NCBI GenBank assembly: GCA_002305115.1
Contig: DBQF01000005.1
Span: 1-53,430, forward strand
Source of the DNA: a candidate division WWE3 bacterium UBA1401
Lineage (GTDB): Bacteria > Patescibacteriota > WWE3 > UBA101185 > UBA10185
Direction of reading: 5' to 3'
DNA length: 53,430 nucleotides
Each line of letters begins with the position of its first letter. The stretch's first letter is position 1. Both the position numbers and the translations under genes were made by a program. The notes beneath the pieces were generated by a model. It was given only the letters and a program-made list of their open reading frames with translations. It was not told the origin of the DNA and searched no databases. Positions 17,921-29,900 of the stretch are shown here, in pieces.

Positions 17921-20900
17921 TAAAGCGATTTTGATTTTGCCCTACCTTTAACCATTCTGTACAGAGTTAGCATAACAGTTAAAGTGGCTAGTGTAAGAAC
18001 AGCAGGTTTCCAGAAGCGCCCCAACAAAGTCTTCTGATCCAGCTTAACTGTAACCATCATTTCTTCCGATGTTCCATTGATATAAACAGTTTTTGTACGG
18101 CTAAATTCGGAAGTTGATAGCTGTAGCTCGTGTTGTCCGGGGTCAACCTGTTCAAAAATTACATACCCATTGGAATCTGTAACAGCCTCTTGAACCTTGG
18201 AGTGTAAAGTAACTTTAACCCCCGCAGCCGGCTGGCCGTTAACAAGTACCTGCATCCTAATATAATAAGTCTTGAAAACTTCTTCAGCACTTTTGTCACC
18301 AATTTCTTCGGGAGTTTCCTCAAGTACTTTTGATACAGCCTCACCCAAGACACTGAAGATAGTTTCCCGCTTTGTACTAGCCTCTACAATACTAGACCAT
18401 TCACCTTCTTCTCCTTTTACAGCAAAGTAGTAAGTTGTTCCAGAAGCCAATCCATCAATCTGGTATTTGATAACTTTACTGGAATCATTTTCTGTGAAAT
18501 TGTAACTGATAGCGTTTTCATCCTCTGCAGAAACACCATAAGCTACAGTGTAGTTAGCGCAAACTGTATCACGTAAATCTACATGCAGAATAACGCTGCG
18601 ATAGGAACGCTCAATGGTAGTTATAGTGGGCCCCGAGAACGGGGAATTATAACTACAGCTGGAATCTTCATGTTCTGAAGACCCCTCTTCTTCAGTATCT
18701 TCTTCTTTTCCGGTATCTCCTGAAGTAGCTGGTGCGGGCTCTTCCGCAGGAGGCTCCACGGATACAGGCTCTTCCACAGGCAGTGCAGGAATAACTGCGA
18801 TTGTTTCGTCTGTATCTGTGTCTTTCTCATCCTTTCTTTTATCGTTACCCCTTTCACTACTTGTAGCAAAAGAGGTGTCGTCATCGATAATAGTATAAGA
18901 AAAGGATGCATTACCGCCTAAAGTAGCATTAACAGGATTGCTTAAAGTAATAACTACGGTTTCATTACCCTCATGTGAAGAGTCATCGTTTATCTGCATA
19001 TCAACAGTAGCTGTAAGTTGCCCTGCCGGAATTGTAACGCTGCCTGCAACTAGAGCATAGTCAGCATTATTGCCACGTCCGCGAGCATTACCTCCCGTTG
19101 CGGCATAATCAACCGTAACATCGGAAAAGTAGGCTACATCTAAAGCAATTTCCAAAACCACAGTTCTATCATTTTCCGAACCGGAAGAAGACGCACGTGT
19201 AAAGTTAACAGGCGGAAGAGTGTCATTCTCTTCAATAGAGTAAATATGGCTACTATTTCCAAGTAATGCATTTTGAGAGTCACTTAAGATCAGCTCAACT
19301 GTTTCATCATCCTCATAGTATGTTCTGTCATCTACAACTCTCAAATCTATATAAGCGCTCTGCTCACCAGCTCTAATAGTGACAGTACCGGAAGTAGCTT
19401 GATAATCTACAACTGGTGAAGCTGTTCCGCTAATTACTTCGTAAGCAACTGTAGTGTCAACTGCAGAAAGATTAGACAAACTAACTTCCACATTACCTGT
19501 AGTAGATTCCAAGCCGGAAGAAGCAACTTGAGTAAAGCCTACCGTTGGCACTGGATCATCATCTTCAATGGTATATCTAAAGGTATTGTTTTGGGTTAGG
19601 AAGTTATTTACAGGATTTGTGAGAGTTAGAATTACAGTTTCATCACCTTCGAATGTGGCATCCGCAGCCAAGTTCAACAAGATAGTACCACTAGTAGCGC
19701 CCGCAGAAATGGTCAACGCGCCTGAAAGTTCGTCAAAGTCTGTACCAGCTGTTGCCGTGCCGGATACTGTATAAGCTACTGTAGTATCTGTTGCGGATTC
19801 GGTAGAAAGCGTAACAGGCACGGATACACGGTTGTTGCCTTCGGAGCCAGAGGATGAAGTAAGCACAAAACTTGCCAAAGGACTTGGGTCATCATCGGTA
19901 ATAGTCAGTGTATGGATGGAAGCAGCCCCAAGTATTGCCCCTGAAGGATTATTCAACGTTATGACAGCAGTTTCGGCACCTTCATAAATAGCGTCATCAA
20001 CAAGAGTTACTGGAATAACGGCACTCGTTTGGCCAGCAGGAATAGTAAGCATTCTATTTGCCAGAGTAAGATCTACAGATTGGCCAGTGGTAGAAACAGT
20101 ACCGCCAGCGACACTGTAAGAAACAGCTACATCAGATTGAGAAGCTTCTGCAAGTTCGATCGCGAGTGAAACCTCGCCTGCATCTTCTGCAGCACTGGAA
20201 GTACTTTCCCTAAACTGAAGTGCGGGAGGTTGATCACTTGCTCCTATTGTATATATTAAAGTACTATTTGCCCCTAGTTCGGCTCCTTGAGGGCTAGACA
20301 AGGCAATTTCTATAGTTTCAGCATCTTCCTGCTCCGTGTCGTCTATTACCTCAAAGGTAATTGTTCCAGAGGTAGAACCTGCCGGAATTATAAGTGTGCC
20401 AGCAGTAAAGTTATAGTCTGCATTACGCCCGCGTTCTCTGGCAGTACCTCCTGTCACGGCATAATCTACAGTTACTGGATTATCCGCAACAAAGGAAAGA
20501 GCCACATCAAGCGTTACTAACCCATTAGCTTCACTGCCTGAGGACGTAGCGGAAGTAAATTGTACAGCAGGAAGCGCCTTAGTAAAGGTAGCCACGGAGA
20601 TACCGGAGGGCTGTAAGTCATCTCTGAAGGAACGCGCTCTAACTGTAGTGTCTTGAGAAATGGTGAAGCTTGAAGTATACAAAGTAGAATCTGTGGTCGG
20701 GTCAGAAGCGTCTAGGGTGTAATAAATAGCAGCACCTGAAGTGGCACTGGTTAGTGTAATTGAAGTGGTTTCCACAAAAGTACCTCCGTTAGGTGAAATG
20801 GCAGGAGCTGCCGCCTGGGTAGTAGTTACGGTTACCTGATTAGCTGATCGTATTGACTTTTCTGGAGCATCTACCAAGTAAGCTTCAAAATAATATTCAG

Positions 20901-23900
20901 GATTACTCGCTGTACAAATACCGGCAATATTGCCATCACACTGCCACTCAGCTAGCCAGGAAACAACGGCAGTACCGTTCACAAAAGTAACGTTGGCCGG
21001 GTTAACCGCTACAGGATCTCTTCCTGTAATACCATCATCTTCATAGACATTGAAGCCGACAGCTAAATCATCACATCGATCCCCTTGCACGGTAAAAGCC
21101 ACCGCACCGCCAATACCAGTAGAAGTTGGATTAAGACTGGCGGAAGTCAAACTGCAAGTAGCAATCGTGTGAGGGTCATTAGCCAAAATTGTATAAGTAT
21201 GGGTCGTTGTTGTGCCTAAGGTAGATGCTACTGGATTGGAAAGAGTAATCTCAATGGTTTCAGCCTCTTCCCTAAGGTCATCGTCAGTTATTGTTAGGTT
21301 AATAAAGCCAGTAGTACTGCCCACAGGAATAGTGAGAGCACCGGCAGTTAAATTGAAATCAGTACCGGCAGCCGCTGTACCTCCTGTGGCAGCATAGCTA
21401 ACTGTCACAGCAGAATCTGTGGCATAAGATAGAACTACTGGAATATTAACTTGCGCTAAAGATTCATTACCCGAAGCAGAGGCAGAGCTAAAGGCAATAG
21501 TTGGCAAAACAATAGTGCGTTCAAAAACTGCTTGTGTTACATCTGAAGGCGCAAGATCATTTCTAAAAGCTCTAGCTCTAATAGTTATTGTGTCCGTAAT
21601 AGTTAATGGTTGGGTGTATAAAGCTGAACTGGTTGTGGGTTCAGACCCGTCTAAGGTGTAGTAAATAGCAGCACTTTCAGTATTAGTTTGTAAAGTTACT
21701 TGCGTGGAACCGGTAAAGCCTCCGCCATTGGGGACAAAGGTTACCGCAGCTACCTGAGTATTGGTTACAGTTAGCTGGTTGGTTGAAGTTATAATCTTAG
21801 TAGCATCAGAAACAAGTGTGGCCTCAAAACCATATTCCGGAGAACCCGCAGTGCAGATGCCTACAACATTGCCGTCACACTGCCACTCTACTATCCAAGA
21901 AGTAGTAGCAGTACCGTTTACAAAGGTAGCAGCTGAGGGCTGAACTGAAGCTGCATCTCTTCCTAAGGCTCCATCATCTTCAAATACATTGAAACTTACA
22001 GCATCACCATTACAATTTGTACCGGTTACTACTAAATTGACATTGCTTCCTTGAGCTATGGTGGTTTGCGCAAAGTTAGCACCTGTAAGTTCGCATTCTA
22101 AAGGTAGGGGTGGTTCTACTGTCCCATTTTCTTCACCAGCCTCAATAGCAGTAACCAGATTTTGGATATAGAATAAATCTCCCCTTTCAAACGCCGGAAC
22201 ATCTATGTATTTAACTAACTCTTCATATGGTTCTTTCAAAACAAAAGCTTTAGCCTTAAACAGACCATCGTAATCATAATTATGCCTGACAATATCTTCG
22301 TTGTAAGTTTCCTCAAAATTAGTTACAAACCAGTAAGGCGCATCATGAATATATTCATTCAGCGCTTCCTCAACCTTGGAAAGAGCATGGGTATTTAGAT
22401 AATCACCAAGTTCAGGTGTAAGGTAAGTGAAGTTACGGGAAGTAGCAAACACCTGTCCCCAATCGTGTGAATCGGGTCCCCAGGGATTGTCTTTTTCAAA
22501 ATTATTGGCTCTAAGTGCTAACAGTCTATTCATTTCTGCAACTTTATCAGTAGATTCCGGGTAACCAGCTAACTTTTCCATCTCCAAATAACCATGATAT
22601 CCGGCAATCCAGGCATTAAGCGCAAATGGGAAGGTATCAAAAACAGCATCTTCAGGAGGTGTCCAAAACCTGACTTTTAGGTCATCAAATATTCGGCGGG
22701 CAAAAGCTTGGTCACCACTGCCAAATGCTTCTACATACTTCCACATTTCATAAAATGTATAAGGATTCCATTTCCAGTCAGGCCCCGTCCATCCGTCAAA
22801 GTGCATAACACTGTAGGCACTGGGACCATTACTTATCTCTATACCGGCCATAACTTCCGGGGGATAAATAAAGTCTGACCTGTCTGTACCATCTCTCCAA
22901 CCTACATCCGTAAAAGAAGCGGGAGAATAATTTTGATACTCCCTATCCAAATATTGAGCAATAGCCTGCTTAGCGTCTAAGGAAACGTGGTGAGAAGCTA
23001 AACTTAAGGCATAAAAAACATCAGCAGGATTGTGAAAATAATCCTGAAAATCATCTCCCCTAATATTGTCTGCTCCAGCATAAGCTAACATTCCAGGTGT
23101 ATATCCAGGCCTTAAGTGACCTGCAGCTATAATTTTGCTCACCTCTTCATTAAGTTTCGTTTTTAGGTCAGATACTTTTGGAATATTAAAATTTGAGGAA
23201 ACCTCTACAGGTTGAGCAAGAGCTAAAGGAGAATTTGCAGAACCCCCTGCAGACCAAGCAATAATTGCGTTTCCATTAAACACATAAACTTTACCCCGAT
23301 AAGGAATGGGAGGATTAGGCCCACCATGACTACCATATACTCCATTCCATCCGCCATATACTTGTACAGCATTAGCCTCAAAAGTACCGGTCATTTGCGA
23401 GGCATATCCTGGGATAAGACTACTAATGTTATAGCTGTGATAAATCCAACTTCGATCAGCAGGCATATCTGTAACATCAAAGGCACCCCCCATACGATCG
23501 CAACAAAGATTCCAGTAAATCACATTGCCCCCCATTGAATAACCTACCGGTTCATCTCCCTGACCTCTAAAAGTTCCTTCAGGAATAGTTATGGTATCAG
23601 CTCCTAACTGCCACCCAGCTATACCATCCTGATAACTCTGATCAGAGAAATTATTAGAAGTATAAATTGTATTATCAGGGCCTACTATGGCAGGAAAGTG
23701 CTGGCCTGAGTTAGTCCCAAAGTTTAGTAAAGGAGCATAATCAGTGCTACCATCGCTATCAACGTCAAAAGTAACTTCATCACCATTTGTTACATCTAGC
23801 AAATAAAACGAACGACGGTCAGGTCTTTCCTCCAGATAATTTACAGCATTAGTTGTTCTCATAAGCCCCTCAGCTACCACCTCACCCATAGGATGCTCAT

Positions 23901-26900
23901 AGCCAATATCATATTTTGCATACCAACCATAAGGAGTTAATGGTTGCGCATTTGGAGCTCTATATCCCCTTGCTGCCGGTAACATAGCAGTATTATCTAC
24001 AATGGTTGGCCAGTAAGAGTGGAAACCCCAGGAAGGCAACTTATTAGATTTCCAAACCAGGTCACCGGAAGTGTCTAGGCCATAAGCAAATGCATCATCT
24101 GAGGCAAAAACAATTACCTCATCTTTGTATGCTGCAGAAAAATGAATAGGCCCATCGGTCTTATATCTCCAGCGCAAACTGCCATCATTAGCATTAAGGG
24201 CATAGAAATATTCATCTCTATTTCCGACGTAAACTACACCGTCTACTACCAATGGGTTGGTATCAAACCCTGCCTCTGCTTCGTAAGTCCAGACTACTTG
24301 GTTGTTCACCCTATATCCGGTATCACTATCTGTGGGTAGAGATGATGCATCTGGATTGGATCTTATGGCGTGCATTTTATTATCAAACCCACCAACATAC
24401 AGCATATCTCCTACTACTGTAGGGGAATGGCCTAAAGGCATTTCTGTAGGATAAACCCAAGCTATGTCACCATTGGCAGCATCAAAGGCATAGAGCCCGG
24501 CTGAGGTAGAAACATACAAAAGCCCGTTAGAAGCAATAATCTGAGCTTTATAGGGAATATGCGCACCAATTGGTCGGTACCAGTCTGGGTTTAATGCTCC
24601 TCGCACTTCTTCTGAAACCCACGAAGTACGCTGGGGGTTAGCACCAGCCATATACCAAGCTCCTGCTTCAACTTCACCATTAATCACAAAACTAGCTTCC
24701 ACAGTTTCACTAGGCGTAACTCCTGTACTAAATGCCTTTGCTTTAACGGTAGTACTCCCTGTTAAGGTAAATGGCGCAGTATATAAACTAGAACCTTGAT
24801 CAGGCTCAGAACCACCAATAGTGTAGTAAATATTAGTAGCTAGCGCAGTACTGCCTACTCCAAGAGTTACCTGCACGGCATTATCAAAAGTGCCCCCATT
24901 AGGGGAAATAGTGGGGGCAGGCGCTTGAGTTAGAGCAGTAACCACAAGCTGAGAAGTACTAGTCACCTGAGAACCAGAAATAGCCGCCGTTGCCACAAAA
25001 CTGTATTCAGGGTCACCTGCTGTGCAAATCCCTAGTAAGTTCCCATCACACTGCCATTCTGCTATCCAGGTAGCACTTCCTGTACCATTAACCATAGTTA
25101 TCGGGTCGGGCTGTATAGTTGCCAAGTCGTAGCCACCCACATCATCTTCCCTAACCTCAACATTTACCGTTTCACCCGTACAATTCGTGCCGGTTACACT
25201 TAAAGTGACAGGAGTTCCCGCTGCTACACTAACCTGATCAAAAGCAGCAGAAGTTAACGTACAAGTGCCGGTTGGTTCCGGAGCATACAACTTAACCGCA
25301 ACATCTGTCTGCAAATTACTAACAGATAAGTTATAAACACCACTTGCACCTACAGTCACCTGTTCACTACTGGAAATTTCGCCCGTGCGTGTATTCCACC
25401 ATTCTAGTGTATAAGTACTGGCAGGCAGATTGGAAATCGACAACACTGCACTAGCAGGAGAAGCAGAAACTCCGTCCACCCGGTTCTTCCAAGTATCAGC
25501 AGCATTATCTATCCATAACAACACCTTTCCATTAACCGAATCTCTGGAACCCCAAGCCCTAATATTTCCGGAAACAGCACTGGTGCCAATTTGCAAATTA
25601 CCTGTAAGATCAGTTCCAATAGTTTCGTAATGACCATTATTAACAGGTTCCCCCGTCATAAACTTGTCATAAGTGGCATAAATCTTCTGGGTGCTATAAG
25701 TATCATTTGGATAAGCCCCGTTAGTAGCAAAAAGCCTAGGGTACCATTCACCGTCGCAAGTATATCCAAGAGTACCTACATGTGCCCATACCTTCTTGTG
25801 GTAATAGGTACCCGTAGGTTCTGTAGCAACTTCCGGATGCTGTGGTTCTGTTCCAGTTTCCGCCACACCGCATTCACCACGCACAATAGGCTTGCCATAG
25901 CTAAATTGATTTTCATACTCAACAAACCTTAAAGCGCATTGGCGCTCATAGGCGGCAGAATCATTCCAAATAGTGCTAATAAGCTCGGTGTTATTACTAT
26001 TAGTATTGGAATACCAGTGTTTATCTGCATAATCAATGTAGGGTTTGTAATCAGCATTGCTCCAATAATCATTTATCCACCACCCCCAGAAGGAGTTAGA
26101 CATAAGTACGTGTCTAGGTGAAAGGTCATAGATGTATTTGGAAAAGGCAAATCCCGCATTGTAACTCTCCTGCGTATTATCATTTTCATTAGCTAATTCC
26201 AAAGAATGTAGTGCCGGGGAATAAGACCACCTAGCAATAAAGTATCTGCTGTAAGCATTTTCATACCAGCGGGTAGCCTGCCCTGGGGCGGAATAGAAAT
26301 TATTAGGGCATCTACCCCACCCACATTGATACCAGCTTCCAATAGAGCCATCCGCCTGGAAAAGATTCAGGATAGCGTCATTTTTATGGAACATGGTTAG
26401 CTTGTGATAAATACCATTCTCTTCAGAGAGCTTAAATACCTCATCCAAACCTGCGGCAGCACGCTGATCAATATAGTTATATGTATCCGGGTCACCTCTA
26501 ATAAACATGTTGGCACTCCAAATACCTGGCGACTCTTCCCTTTGCAGACTCATAGAGTGAATTCTAATCTTACCCGTCTGAGTAGTATTAAATGGTGTGG
26601 GGGCATCTGAAGATACATACAACCCATGCATATACGCCCTGATAAAAGTTTGGTTAGTGTTTGTGAATTCTCTTTCATAGTAATACCAACCATCCTGCTT
26701 ATAGTCACAGGTTTGGCCTTGGGACTCATGATAGGTACTAGTAGCAGAACAAACATCAAACCGGCCAAGTACACCTAAATCAGCTCTAATAGCTTGATCA
26801 CCTTCAACCTTGGCATAGAAACTTAGCTTATACGTAGAACCGGGTACTAGAGGTACACTTTGCCCTGTGTAGTAGTAGGGCCTAAAACTAAACTTCTTAC

Positions 26901-29900
26901 CACGCACTACATCCGGGTCATCGGGTGTGGAACCAGCACTGCCGAACGCCCAAGAAATTTCGAGTCTGTCACCATAAGGAGATACCATGAAATTAGCACC
27001 CTCACCCGTAGGGAACCAGCGCAAGAATTTCACACCGCTAGTACTAAGATTAGCAAGGCTACTTCTAACACCTGCCAAAGTATTAAACTGCACGTCTTCA
27101 AAAGTCACTAACGGATAAGTAAAAGGCGTGCCATCAGCAAATTCAAAGAAGCGTGTATCGGTTTTGCTAAGCTGCACAAAACCTTTGTTATCAGAAACTA
27201 CCGAAACAAAACTATTTTCAGCAGATTCTTGCGTGCCCGCAGCATCAGTAGCTCTAATCTTAAATGTCCAACTGCCTGCTAATTCTGGGGTATAGCGGCA
27301 ACGCCAATCGGGGCTGCCGGTGGGAAGCAGGGCAATAGTGTTTCCAGAACCAACCTCTTCTACGGGCTGATAATAGAAACAAGGAACCGTAACGGCATTT
27401 GTCCAATCGGAAACACCGGGTTCCAGTACTAACATATCTACAGTTATGCCTTCACCGGAAGTAATACCCACAGGGGCCTCTGCGTCGTACGGGAAATAGG
27501 GATTGGTAGCAACTGTATCTATATCAAAAGAGACTTCAAATTTGTCATAAGTAGGAATATCTCCACTAGTTACTTTTGTAATATTAGAAATTTGTGGGCC
27601 ATCTCCTGCAACAGGTGTTACCTGAAGTTGATTAGTGGAAGCAATAGTTACAGTAGCGTCGGAAACTAGAGCGGCTTCGAAAATATATTCAGGATTACCT
27701 GCCGTACATATGCCACCAATATTGCCGTCACACTGCCATTCTGCCACCCAAGAAGTTGTAGCCGTACCGTTGGCAAAAATGGCGTTGGCTGGCTGAGTTA
27801 TAGCTGTATCTCTACCTAAAACGCCATCATCTTCATATACCATGTAACTAATTGCTTGATTGTCGCAACTGGTGCCGGTTATAGTGAGGGTAACGGTACT
27901 GCCTGTTGTGGCAGTGGTTTGACCAAAGGTAGCATCTGTAAGGGTGCATGGTTCCACTGCAGAGGCATCACCTGCCTCTATCGCTGTTACTAGGTTTTGG
28001 ATATAGAATAAGTCTCCTCTCTCAAATGCTGGTACATCTATGTACTTTACTAGTTCTTCATATGGCTCATTGAGTATTAGTGCCTTGGCCTGGAAGAGCG
28101 CATTGTAGTCATAATTATGTCTGTTAACCTCCTCACCGAATGTGGCATCAAAATTTGTCACGAACCAGTAAGGCGCTACAGATTGATATTCAATTAAAGC
28201 CTCAGCTAACTGGTCAGGAATTCGTTCATTCAAATAGCCTGCCAACTCAGGAGTAAGAAACATGAAATTCGAAGCAACTGCAAATGTTTGGATATAGTTA
28301 CCATATTCAGTTCCTCCCTCAGGGCCATTCCAGGTATTATTTTTTGTGAAGGTAGAAACCCTTAACTCAAGCAGCCTATTCAGTTCAGAACGGATAGAGG
28401 AAGATTCAGGGTAACCGGCAAGTTTTTCCAATTCCAAATAACCCCAATACCCATCAATCCAGGCATTTAATGCGTGAGGAAATAATATTAAAGTGGCATC
28501 ATCGGGAGGAGACTGCAGTCTGCTTTTGTTTTCGTCAAAAAGCTGTGAGGCGTTTCCAACCGCCTGAGCGTATTTCCATAAATTATAAAAAGTATAAGGG
28601 GGCCAATCCCAACCATCCCAAAAATTAGCATTCCTATAACCCATGTTATATAAACTGGCGTTAGGCCCAACTGTCTCCTTTACCGCTGCTATTTCCGGGG
28701 GGTCAATAAAGTCATCTCGCGAAGTGCCATCGGCCCATCCAACGTGTTGATAGTCATATGGAGGATAGGTTTCATATTCAGATTGTAAATATGCCTTTAC
28801 TTCCTGTTGAAGATCACTAGATAAATAAGGTAACGCTTTAGATAGTATATAAAGCGTGTCAGTTACATTAGCCCAATAATCAACTAAGACTCCTCCATAA
28901 GTAACTCCATCCGCGGCAAAATGCCCTACTGAATATCCGGGTTGCAGGTGTCCTGAGACAAGAATTTTTTCTATCTCTTCGGTCAGCCTGGTTTTTAAAT
29001 CAGCCACACTTGGGATAGCTGTACTTGCATCCGCCGCAACGATCTGAGCAGTAGCTAGAGGTGAATCGGCCGAACCATCAGAAGACCAGGAAAATAAGAC
29101 ATTACCTAAGTGTACAAGAACTCTACCATTGTAAGGAACAGGTGGGTTTTGCGTTCCAGGGGTGCCATAAACACCATTGTAATTTTTATAAACCTGGAAC
29201 AAATTATCCCAGTCGGTTTCATTCATTATCAAATCGTAACCAGGAGCAACAGCTAATCTACCATATTTATCGGATGCTAAATTATAGCTAAAGTGATTCC
29301 ATACAGAAGGCTTGCTAGAAGAAACATCAAGCGACCCCATACCTCTAGAGCAACATTTATTCCAAAAAACAACGTTACCTCCCATAGAAACCGCAATAGG
29401 CTCATCAGGAGAAATAACAGGTATCCTGTTTGTAATATAGTTGGCATGCAAGGGCCAGCCGCTTATACCATTGGAATATTGACTTTCAGCAAACATGTTC
29501 GGAGTAAAAACCGTGTTAGTCTGGCTTACCACAGCAGGATAACGTTGGCCTGAGGCAGTACCAAACCACATTAAGGGAGCATATTCAGGGTTAGAGTCAC
29601 TATCAAAGTCATAAGTCTTTTCTTTACCTGTAGTTATGTCTAGCACATAGTAAGAACGTCTCCAGGGTTTCTCTTCCAAATACTGCATTGCTCTGGTTGC
29701 ATCCATCGAACCATCTGGCAGTATTTCACCCATATTTGCCTGTAGGCCTTCTGTCAAAAAGTCAGGTGCCCAATAGCCATAGTCCCATTTACCATCATTA
29801 CCATTAGGTGTAAAAGCACCCTGGCCGTAACGATAGCCACGCGCAGCAGGAAAGATCACAGCGTCCTCAACTATTACCGGCCAAAAAGTATAAAAACCGT

